Positions 7,931 through 15,944 of a stretch of 32,661 bases of DNA are shown piece by piece (position 1 is the stretch's first letter; every line of letters starts with the position of its first letter). The notes below the pieces were generated by a model. The model was not told the origin of the DNA. It saw nothing but the letters and a program-made list of their open reading frames with translations, and did no database searches. A program made the translations under genes and the position numbers. The stretch comes from an uncultured Gemmatimonadota bacterium (GTDB lineage: Bacteria > GCA-2686955), in contig CAZBBK010000066.1 of assembly GCA_964490075.1 (NCBI GenBank), positions 1 through 32,661 on the forward strand. The letters run 5' to 3'.

Positions 7931-9739
7931 TTGACGCGCCCGCCGCACGACCTGCGCGAGTATCTCGACATCCTGGCCCGCGCCGGCGAGCTCTGCCGGG
8001 TCGAGGCGCCGGTCGACCCCCACCTGGAGATCGCCGAGATCCACCGCCGGGTGATCGCCGCCGGCGGCCCGGCCCTGGTCTTCCTCTCCCCCCGCGGCGC
8101 CGACATCCCGGTGGTCACCAACCTCTTCGGCAGCGCGCGACGCATCGAGCTCGCCTTCGGCCGCCGCCCCGCCACCTTCGTGCGCGACGCCGCCCGCCTG
8201 GCGCGCAGTGCCCTGCCCCCCACCGCGGCCACCCTGCTCCCCTTCCACGGCCTGCTGCGTGACGCGGCCCGCCTCGGCCTTCGGCGTCGCGTCGACGGCC
8301 CGGTGGCGCAGGTGGTCGAGCGTCCGCCGCGCCTCGGCCGCCTGCCACTGCTCACCTCCTGGCCGGGCGACGGCGGCCCCTTCCTCACCCTGCCCCTGGT
8401 CTACACCGAGCATCCCGAGCAGGGCGGCCACAACCTCGGCATCTACCGCGTCCAGCGCTTCGACGACCAAAGCGTCGGCATGCACTGGCAGATCGCCAAG
8501 GGCGGCGGCCACCACCACGCCCTCGCGGAGCAGCGCGGCGAGAGCTTGCCGGTGGTCATTCAGCTCGGCGGGCCGCCGGCCCTGACCCTGGCCGCCGTCG
8601 CCCCCTTGCCCGAGAACATCGGCGAGCTGCTGCTGGCCTCGCTGGCGCTCGGCGCCAAGCTCCCCCTGTGCGAGAGCCCCGCCGGTCCCCTGCCCCTGGT
8701 GGCCGACGCCGAGATCGCCCTGGTCGGCCGCGTCCCGGCGCACACCCGCCGCCTCGAAGGCCCCTTCGGCGACCACTACGGCTACTACTCCCTGGCCCAC
8801 CCCTTCCCCTGCGCCGAGATCGACGCCCTGTGCCGCCGCAAGGACGCCCTCTTCCCCGCCACCGTGGTCGGCAAGCCGCGCCAGGAGGACTTCTACCTCG
8901 GCGACTACCTCCAGGAGCTGCTCAGCCCCCTCTTCCCCCTGGTCATGCCCGGCGTGGTCGACCTCTGGAGCTACGGCGAGACCGGCTACCACGCCCTGAG
9001 CGCCGCCGTGGTGCGCGAGCGCTACCGGCGCGAGGCGATGGTCTCGGCATTCCGCATCCTCGGCGAAGGCCAGCTCTCGCTGACCAAGTTCCTGCTGGTG
9101 ACCGACACCGAGCGCGACCTGCGCGATTTCCGCGGCCTGCTCGAGCACATCCTGGCCCGAGTCCACTGGGAGACCGATCTCTTCATCTTCCCCAACCTCT
9201 CGATGGACACCCTCGACTACAGCGGCCCGCGCCGGAACGAGGGCGGCAAGGGAGTCGTCCTGGGACTGGGCGAGGCGATCCGAGAGCTGCCGGGAAGCTT
9301 CGAGGGCTCGGCTCCGGCGGAGGTGCGCGATCTGCGGATCTTCTGCCGCGGTTGCCTGGTGCTCGAGGGTGACCCGCTGGCCGACGACCCGGATCTCGCC
9401 ACCCGCGCCGCCCGCCACGCCGATTTCGCCGACTGGCCGCTCCTGGTGCTGGTCGACCGCGCCCGTCAGGCCTGCGCATCGGTCCCCAACTTCCTCTGGA
9501 CCACCTTCACCCGTTTCGACCCGGCCGCCGACATCTCGTCCGCCGCCGAGCGCATCGAGGCAGGCGCGGTGATCCGCGAGGGTCCCGTGGTGATCGACGC
9601 CCGCCTGGCACCCGACTTCCCCGAGGAGCTCTTCTGCGACCCCCAGACCGCGCGCAAGGTCACGGCGCGCTGGCATCAGTATTTTCCCGGAGGGATGGAG
9701 ATGGGATCCAGCGACTGGGCCGATCTGGCGCCGGCCTGA
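7931..9739 (+). CDS. ubiD: UbiD family prFMN-dependent decarboxylase (long type, possibly menaquinone/futalosine-pathway MqnL)
   Basis: DLREYLDIL...GEL.RVEAPVDPHLEIAEI, PVVTNLFGS, NLGIYRVQ, EGPFGDHYGYYS, TVVGKPRQED. TTG start. Substrate cannot be determined from sequence. Confidence 0.9.
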   Translation: MTRPPHDLREYLDILARAGELCRVEAPVDPHLEIAEIHRRVIAAGGPALVFLSPRGADIPVVTNLFGSARRIELAFGRRPATFVRDAARLARSALPPTAATLLPFHGLLRDAARLGLRRRVDGPVAQVVERPPRLGRLPLLTSWPGDGGPFLTLPLVYTEHPEQGGHNLGIYRVQRFDDQSVGMHWQIAKGGGHHHALAEQRGESLPVVIQLGGPPALTLAAVAPLPENIGELLLASLALGAKLPLCESPAGPLPLVADAEIALVGRVPAHTRRLEGPFGDHYGYYSLAHPFPCAEIDALCRRKDALFPATVVGKPRQEDFYLGDYLQELLSPLFPLVMPGVVDLWSYGETGYHALSAAVVRERYRREAMVSAFRILGEGQLSLTKFLLVTDTERDLRDFRGLLEHILARVHWETDLFIFPNLSMDTLDYSGPRRNEGGKGVVLGLGEAIRELPGSFEGSAPAEVRDLRIFCRGCLVLEGDPLADDPDLATRAARHADFADWPLLVLVDRARQACASVPNFLWTTFTRFDPAADISSAAERIEAGAVIREGPVVIDARLAPDFPEELFCDPQTARKVTARWHQYFPGGMEMGSSDWADLAPA

Positions 9740-9796
9740 TCACCACTTCCGGGCTTTTGTCCTACGCTGGTAGCGCCCCCCAGCAAAGGAGCCCCC

Positions 9797-10336
9797 ATGC
9801 CCCCCCGCACCCTCTCGAGCACCCTCGCCCCCGTCCTCTTCGCCCTCGTCTCGCTCGCCCCCGACGCTGCCGCCGAGGTTCTCTTCCCGGAGGAGTGGGG
9901 CGGCATCTGGGAGCTGGAGAGCGTCAACGAAGACTGCGAAACGGGCGAGCTGATCAGCGAAAGCGCGGTCACCGACACCCTCTGTCCCGGGACCTCGATC
10001 GAAGGAATCATCGAAGCCGGCGGCACCATCGACGTGACCTGCCAGGGCAGTGCCGACGCCACCCGAATCGTCGCTACCTGCTCGGGCTCCTTCGAGGTCT
10101 TCCCCGGCTGTACCGCCGAGGTCGACTGGAGCTTCGACGGCACCCGCGGCGGCGACACCATGGTGCTCGACCAGCAAATCGTCATCAGCTACCAGGGAGC
10201 CTGCCTGGGCCTGGAGGATACCTGCACCGACAACCGCGTCGACGGGGTGCGCATCGACTCGGCCTGGAGCGACTACTGCGCGCCGACCGGCGTGCAGCAG
10301 CGCACTTGGGGGGCGATGAAAGAGGGGGCGCGCTAG
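9797..10336 (+). CDS. Secreted Cys-rich hypothetical protein with C-terminal TWGxxK motif
   Basis: AAGGAG RBS, signal peptide ending AAA, eight Cys, C-terminus PTGVQQRTWGAMKEGAR. Confidence 0.8.
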   Translation: MPPRTLSSTLAPVLFALVSLAPDAAAEVLFPEEWGGIWELESVNEDCETGELISESAVTDTLCPGTSIEGIIEAGGTIDVTCQGSADATRIVATCSGSFEVFPGCTAEVDWSFDGTRGGDTMVLDQQIVISYQGACLGLEDTCTDNRVDGVRIDSAWSDYCAPTGVQQRTWGAMKEGAR

Positions 10337-11202
10337 CCCCAATCCCGCCCCGGAAAGACCGCCACCGGCGGCTCGATCCGCCCGCGCAACAGCTCGGCCA
10401 TCTCGTCGAGTCGCGCATCGTCGACCCGACCGATCTCCGGGTGGGCCGGGCGGCGTGCGGTGGTGTGGAGCTGCACCAGGCGCACCCGGGCGCCGCGCGC
10501 GCCGATGGTGGCGATGCGCTCGGCGATCGCGAGGATCTCGGCGTCGCCAGGATCGGCTCCGTGCAGCGTCGGCACCAGGCACTGGATGGTCAGCTCCAGA
10601 GTCCGGCCCAGCTCGGCGATGTTCTCGACGATGCGATCCAGAGAGAGACGCTTGCCGGAGATGGTCTCGAAGTAGGCCTGGGTGCCAGCGTCGAGCTTCA
10701 CCCAGATCTCGTAGGGGCGCGCCGCCAGGAACTCCAGGCGGGCGCATACCTCGGAGTCGCCGAGGCGCGTGCCGTTGGTCAGCACGATGGTCTTCACGCC
10801 CTGCGCGCCGCGCTCGTCCAGCACGGCGTGCACGCCGCTGATCGCCTCTGCCAGCAAAGGGTAGCTGGTCGGCTCGCCGTCGCCCGAGAAGGCCACGTCG
10901 TTGAGGCGCCGCAGGGCGGCGGGGGTGTGCCGGAAGCGCGGGTGGGCGAAGAGATACCCGCCGCTCGCCAGCTCCAGCAGCGCATCGACCTCGTCGAGCA
11001 GAAGATCCAGGTCGACGCGGCTGGGAGCGGCCGGTCCGCCGCGATCGACCTGGCAGTAGCGGCAGGCGAAGCTGCACCCCTTGTCGGGGTTGACGTTGAC
11101 GCCGATCGAAAGGCCGCCGCCGCGGCGGCTCACCACCGGATAGGCATGACGGAAGCTCTCGAAGCTGCGTGAATGGTCGCTGAGGACGGCGTCGGGATCC
11201 AT
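10333..11202 (-). CDS. Radical SAM protein (COG0731-like)
   Basis: YPVVSRRGGGLSIGVN..K.CSFACRYCQ (CxxxCxxC), FSGDGEPT, LTNGT, VKLDAG. Confidence 0.9.
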   Translation of the reverse strand: MDPDAVLSDHSRSFESFRHAYPVVSRRGGGLSIGVNVNPDKGCSFACRYCQVDRGGPAAPSRVDLDLLLDEVDALLELASGGYLFAHPRFRHTPAALRRLNDVAFSGDGEPTSYPLLAEAISGVHAVLDERGAQGVKTIVLTNGTRLGDSEVCARLEFLAARPYEIWVKLDAGTQAYFETISGKRLSLDRIVENIAELGRTLELTIQCLVPTLHGADPGDAEILAIAERIATIGARGARVRLVQLHTTARRPAHPEIGRVDDARLDEMAELLRGRIEPPVAVFPGRDWG

Positions 11203-11299
11203 GGCGGGAGAGTCTACTCGACGGCCAGGTCCGGCCGTGTCGGGAGTCGTCCGCGAATTGTCCCCACGCCGCTCCTTCGCCCTGTTGTAGCGTTGGGGG

Positions 11300-13288
11300 A
11301 TGTCTGTGCGAAGCGAGGTGGCCAGAACAGCTCGCGCCTGCCCGTGGACGGTGAGCGCGCTTCTCGCATCGGCGATCAGCGCGCCCGAGGCCTGCTTGGC
11401 GGGTTTCGGCTATCCGGATATGCCCGTGCATCCGCTGCGCTTCGCGCTCTTCTACGGGGCGCTCTCGGGCGCCATTTGGGCGCTGGTCGCCGGCCTCCTG
11501 GCGCTCATCGGAACCCGCCTTCTCTCCGAGTCGCACCGCGCGCTCGGGATTGCGTTCGGCGCGGGATCGGCCGCACTGGTCTTGCTCGCGGCTCGCCTCC
11601 ATCTGACGCTCCACGTCGTCAACGAGGGCATGAGCAGCTCGGCTCGATGGGGCTGGTCGAGCCTTCCGGGACTGGCCGGCATCGGCGCCGTCCTGGGCGC
11701 CGCGGCACTCCTGGGCGTCGCAGCCTATCTTCTTGCCCGTTCGAGACTTCGGCGTGTGCGACTGGCCGGTACCGCGGCCCCCCTCTGCGCCGCCCTCGCC
11801 CTGGCGCTGCGCGCCGGCAGCGGCCCCGACCGAGACCCCGCCGCAGCCCCCGGAACTGTTGTCGACACCGGGTCCGAGTCCCCCCTGGACTACCGGACCA
11901 CCAATCTCCTGCTCATCACGATCGACACCCTGCGCGCCGATCATCTGGGCTCCCACGGATACCCTCGCGATACCGCGCCCCAGCTCGACCGGCTCGCCGC
12001 GCGGGGCGTTCGTTTCGAACGCGCTCTGACCCAGCGCACCTGCACCGCGCCGGCCCTGGCCACCCTGCTCACGGGAACCTATCCGCCGACCCACAAGGTC
12101 CTGAACAACAGACAGACCTTGCAGGAATTCAACCTCACCCTGGCCGAGCTGCTCGCCGCCAAGGGCTACCGCACCCGTGCCCTCATCTCCAATCCGATCC
12201 TGACCTCGCAATTCAGCTTCCACCAGGGTTTCGACGACTACCAGCACACCGAAGATCTCTACGACATCATCGGCGGAGAGCTGCGGGAATCCCGGGAGCT
12301 GAACCAGTTGGTGCTGCCGGCGCTCGAGTCGCTCAGTGAACGACGCTTTTTCATGTGGGTACACTACCGTGATCCCCATACACCCTACCTGGTGCCCGAG
12401 AGCTACAAAGATCTCTTCACATCCGACCAGCTGGCCGACGCCCACGATCACCGGACCATCCCCATCGATGCATCCGCTCCATTCGGCGCGATGACAGCGA
12501 ACGAGGCAGTGTACGAAAGCCAGGATCTCGACTTCCTGGTCGCCCAGTACGATGCCGAGATTCGTCACAATGACGACAGTCTCGGTGCGCTCTTCGCGAA
12601 GATGGACGAGCTCGAGCTCTGGGACAACACCCTGGTGGTCATAACGGCCGATCACGGCGAGAGCCTGTGGGAGCACGACTTAATCTTCGACCACGGCTAC
12701 AATGCCTACGAACCATCGGCCCATGTGCCGCTGATCTTCTATCATCCCCGGCTGCGCTCCGGCCTCAGTATCCCCACTCCCGTCAGCCTGGTCGACGTCC
12801 TCCCGACGGTTCTCGATCTGCTGCGCTTGCCACAACCACCGCAAGGCCAGGGTGAGAGCTTCGCCTCACTGGTCCTGGGCCAGGAAGAGGCGCATTTCCG
12901 TCCCTATCATTTCGTGATCGGAAGCTATCGCCAAGGATACCAGACCCACGCGATCACCACCGATCGGCACAAACTGATACTGGACGCTGATGCGCGGTGG
13001 CTCGTCTTGGACGCAACGGTGGGCCTGGTCGGCCGGCTTTGGGTAGCGCCGGAAGACTACAACATATATAGATGGCGACACCTGGTGCCGGAGCTCTACG
13101 ACCTGGTCGAAGACCCCGGAGAGCTGACCAACCTCTCCGGTCGCATGCCCGCGCTCGAGCTCGAGCTGAGCAATCGTCTGTGGCGATGGATCGAGACGAC
13201 CTACCGGCGCGGACGCGACTGGGAGAGCTCGAGTCCGGAGCTGTCGGAAGAGACGGCAGAGGCCCTGCGCGCGTTGGGATATCTGTAG
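11300..13288 (+). CDS. Sulfatase-fold (alkaline phosphatase superfamily) protein with N-terminal TM helices
   Basis: About 4-5 TM helices, then NLLLITIDTLRADHL, TAPALATLLTG, FFMWVHY.DPH.PY, YDAEI, TLVVITADHGE, ELYDL..DPGEL.NL, ALRALGYL. Confidence 0.88.
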   Translation: MSVRSEVARTARACPWTVSALLASAISAPEACLAGFGYPDMPVHPLRFALFYGALSGAIWALVAGLLALIGTRLLSESHRALGIAFGAGSAALVLLAARLHLTLHVVNEGMSSSARWGWSSLPGLAGIGAVLGAAALLGVAAYLLARSRLRRVRLAGTAAPLCAALALALRAGSGPDRDPAAAPGTVVDTGSESPLDYRTTNLLLITIDTLRADHLGSHGYPRDTAPQLDRLAARGVRFERALTQRTCTAPALATLLTGTYPPTHKVLNNRQTLQEFNLTLAELLAAKGYRTRALISNPILTSQFSFHQGFDDYQHTEDLYDIIGGELRESRELNQLVLPALESLSERRFFMWVHYRDPHTPYLVPESYKDLFTSDQLADAHDHRTIPIDASAPFGAMTANEAVYESQDLDFLVAQYDAEIRHNDDSLGALFAKMDELELWDNTLVVITADHGESLWEHDLIFDHGYNAYEPSAHVPLIFYHPRLRSGLSIPTPVSLVDVLPTVLDLLRLPQPPQGQGESFASLVLGQEEAHFRPYHFVIGSYRQGYQTHAITTDRHKLILDADARWLVLDATVGLVGRLWVAPEDYNIYRWRHLVPELYDLVEDPGELTNLSGRMPALELELSNRLWRWIETTYRRGRDWESSSPELSEETAEALRALGYL

Positions 13289-13310
13289 ACCGGCTTCATC
13301 CAGGCGTCCC

Positions 13311-14276
13311 ATGCCCGACTCCCCCTTCATCCTCGACCCCTTCGAACCGGCCTACGCCGAGCTGCTGCGCGAAGACCGCCTCGAAGCGCGCGCCGCCGAG
13401 GCCGGTACCCGGCTCGCCGAGTGCCGCTCTTGCCCGCGCGGCTGCGCCGTGAATCGCGACGCCGGCGAGGTCGGCGTCTGCGGCATCGGCGACCGGGCGA
13501 TCGTCGCCTCGGCCGGCCCGCACCACGGCGAAGAGGACTGCCTGCGCGGCCGCCGCGGCTCCGGCACCATCTTCTTCGCGCGCTGCAACCTGGCCTGCGT
13601 CTTCTGCCAGAACTGGCAGATCTCGCGCCGCGCCGCGGGCGACGCCTGCGATCCTCCGGCGATCGCCGCGCTGATGCTCGCCCTCGAACGCGCCGGCTGC
13701 CACAACATCAACCTGGTCTCCCCGGCCCACGTGGTGCCGCAGCTGGTGGAAGCGATCGCCCTCGCCGCGGCGAGCGGACTGCAACTCCCGATCGTTTACA
13801 ACACCAACGCCTATGACGCACCGGAGAGCCTGCTCCTGCTCCACGGACTGGTCGACATCTACATGCCCGACTTCAAGCTCTGGGAGCCGGCCAGCGCCCG
13901 CCGCCTGTGCGGCGCCGAGGATTATCCCGGGCGCGCTCGCGCCGCCCTGCGCGAAATGCACCGCCAGGTCGGCGTCCTGCGCTTCGCCCCCGACGGCGTC
14001 GCCCGCCGCGGCGTGCTGGTGCGCCACCTGGTGATGCCGGGCATGGGCGACCAGACCCGCGCCATCCTGCGCTGGCTCGCCGCCGAGCTCTCCCCCGACA
14101 CCTACGTCAACCTGCTCGGCCAGTACCACCCCGCCCACCGCGTCGGCCGCCCCGGCCCGGAGGGCGCCCCGCGGCACGCCGAGATCGACCGCCTCCCGAG
14201 CGCCAAGGAGCTCGCCGCGGCGCACCGAGCGGCACGGGACGCCGGCATCCACCGCCTGGATGGGCGCGGCTGCTAG
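13311..14276 (+). CDS. PflX-like radical SAM protein
   Basis: CRSCPRGC.VNR, PHHGEE.CL.G..GSGTIFF, CNLACVFCQN, GCHNINLVSP.H, YNTNAY, DIYMPDFK, GVLVRHLVMPG. Confidence 0.9.
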   Translation: MPDSPFILDPFEPAYAELLREDRLEARAAEAGTRLAECRSCPRGCAVNRDAGEVGVCGIGDRAIVASAGPHHGEEDCLRGRRGSGTIFFARCNLACVFCQNWQISRRAAGDACDPPAIAALMLALERAGCHNINLVSPAHVVPQLVEAIALAAASGLQLPIVYNTNAYDAPESLLLLHGLVDIYMPDFKLWEPASARRLCGAEDYPGRARAALREMHRQVGVLRFAPDGVARRGVLVRHLVMPGMGDQTRAILRWLAAELSPDTYVNLLGQYHPAHRVGRPGPEGAPRHAEIDRLPSAKELAAAHRAARDAGIHRLDGRGC

Positions 14277-14301
14277 TCCTACGTTGACAGTCTCGTGGAC
14301 C

Positions 14302-14410
14302 GGCGGGGGATGAACCGCAGAGGCCTCTGCGGTCTATGCGCTTGGATCTCTTTGGCTCGTCGAAAGTGCCAAAGCGGGCGCTCTCCGGCGTGGGATCCAG
14401 CTCCCCCGCC
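14302..14410. other. Intergenic multi-stem structured segment
   Basis: Outer stem GGCGGGGGA/TCCCCCGCC, perfect 20-bp palindrome ACCGCAGAGGCCTCTGCGGT (14314-14333), and stems TGGATCT/GGATCCA and CTTTGGC/GCCAAAG. Confidence 0.45.
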
Positions 14411-14431
14411 CCCGCGCCCGCGACCGGTCCC

Positions 14432-14687
14432 GACATAAAGCCCAGCTCCGCGCCCGGAACCGCGAGTCATGACGCCGTTTCGCGACACAACTCGCCACTC
14501 TCGATCGAGAGTGCGGAGCTACGACCGTATATCCGTCATAACTCGTCACTCATCGCGATGAAACCGGAGCCACGACCGTATTCGCGTCGTAACTCGCGAC
14601 TCTCGATCGAGAGTCGTGAGTTGTGACCAGAATCTGGCCGCAACCCTCAGCTCCTCGATCGGAGGCGGGAGTTACGACCGGATTTCG
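14432..14687. repeat. Tandem array of about 42-bp palindromes with a 51-bp period (4 clear units plus 1 degenerate)
   Basis: Units start at 14432 (degenerate, 52 bp), 14484, 14535, 14586 and 14637. Approximate consensus GTCRYAACTC-N22-GAGYTACGAC-N9. Confidence 0.85.
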
Positions 14688-14794
14688 GCCCTGATGCCAC
14701 GACGCCGGCACGGGGTGGGCGCCCGTGGAACGGGGAGGACGCCCGAGGATCGGGGCCTTCGTGCGGGTGTGGATTCCGGCTTTCGCCGGGATCT

Positions 14795-14857
14795 GAGGTT
14801 TCGATATGGTGGGCCTCTACGCAGGGACCGCCCGGAGAGCCACCAGGTCGAGACCTC
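14795..14857. repeat. Palindromic element, copy 2 (similar to 6442-6491)
   Basis: Arms GAGGTTTCGA...TCGAGACCTC, inner TGGTGG/CCACCA. Sits just upstream of TACCAT-N5-ATG. Confidence 0.65.
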
Positions 14858-14874
14858 GCCGACTACCATCCCCC

Positions 14875-15741
14875 ATGCCCCGCATCCTCCTCGCCGGCGT
14901 CGCCGCGCTCGATTCCATCCACCAGGTGCCGCGCTACCCGCGCGAGGACGAGGAGCTGCGCGCCTTGCGCCACATCACCCGCCCCGGCGGCAATGCCGCC
15001 AACAGTGCGTCCGTGCTCGCCGGGCTCGGCCACGAGGTGGCGCTGCTCTCGCTCTGGGGAGACGACGACGCGGGGCGGCGGGTGGAGCGCGAGCTGGCCG
15101 GCCGCGGCGTCGACCTGCGCCTTTGCCGGCGGGTCGCGGGCGGCACCACGGCGACCTCCCATATCGTCCTCAGCCGCGCCACCGGCTCGCGCACCATCGT
15201 CCACGTGCGCGATCTCGAAGAGCTGGAGCTCGCCGATTTCGCGCGCGTCGACCTCGGCGCCATCGACTGGATCCACTTCGAGGCCCGCAACGTGGCCCGA
15301 ACGGCACGCGCAATGGCCGCCGCGCGCGCCGCCGAAGCGCCGCCGGCGATCTCGCTCGAGGTCGAAAAGGAGCGCCCCGAGGTCGAGACCCTGTGGCCGG
15401 CGGCCGACCTGATCGTCTTCTCGCGCGCCTTCGCCCGCGGCCGCGGCTTCGACTCCGCCCCGGCCCTGCTGCACCAGGTCCGCGGCCACGCCCCGCGCGC
15501 CCGCCTGGCTTGCGCCTGGGGCGACCAGGGAGCCTTCGGCCTGGACACCAACGGACACGCGCCGCGGGCCCGCGCCCGCCCCCCGGCGGAGATCGTCGAC
15601 ACGATCGGCGCGGGAGATGTCTTCAACGCCGGCCTGATCGATGCCCTGGCGCGCGGCGCGACCTTCGCGGCGGCCCTGGAGCGCGGCTGCGCGCTGGCGG
15701 GGGCAAAGGTGGGACGCCTGGGCTTCGACGGGCTGCGCTAG
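14875..15741 (+). CDS. PfkB family sugar kinase, ketohexokinase-like
   Basis: ILLAG.A.LD.I...YPREDEELRAL, GGNAANSASVL, TGSRTIVH, WIHFEARN, ISLEVEK.R, CAWGDQGA, VDTIGAGDVFNAG. Confidence 0.88.
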   Translation: MPRILLAGVAALDSIHQVPRYPREDEELRALRHITRPGGNAANSASVLAGLGHEVALLSLWGDDDAGRRVERELAGRGVDLRLCRRVAGGTTATSHIVLSRATGSRTIVHVRDLEELELADFARVDLGAIDWIHFEARNVARTARAMAAARAAEAPPAISLEVEKERPEVETLWPAADLIVFSRAFARGRGFDSAPALLHQVRGHAPRARLACAWGDQGAFGLDTNGHAPRARARPPAEIVDTIGAGDVFNAGLIDALARGATFAAALERGCALAGAKVGRLGFDGLR

Positions 15742-15944
15742 CAACAAGCGGGCACAGGGTCGAGTCCCCCGCGCCCCCCTCCAACGCCAACCTGGCGCCA
15801 GCGCCGATCCCCCACTCCGTAATTCAGTTCGCCCTTTCCGGCGCGCGGCCGAGGTTACTCTGCGCTTGAAGATCGCAGCCCGCGATCCGTCCAATCTCCC
15901 TTCCACCTTCAGTCCGTCCCCTGCCCAACCCCCGGAGACAAAGC

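Noticed and set aside
7556-12676. Long antisense ORFs 7556..9676 and 9740..12676
   Set aside because: They overlap well-supported ubiD, radical SAM and sulfatase-fold genes and carry no domain motifs.
14336-14626. 96-aa ORF with 17-aa repeats across the array
   Set aside because: No RBS and atypical codon usage. An open frame is expected from a 51-bp period. Not fully excluded.
14432-14687. CRISPR array interpretation of the 51-bp repeats
   Set aside because: Repeats are too degenerate, the 22-nt cores resemble one another and are palindromic, and no cas genes are present.
14484-14687. Integron attC sites (AAC...GTT arms)
   Set aside because: Units of 42 bp are shorter than known attC sites, GTTRRRY is not matched, there are no cassette ORFs between units and no integrase.
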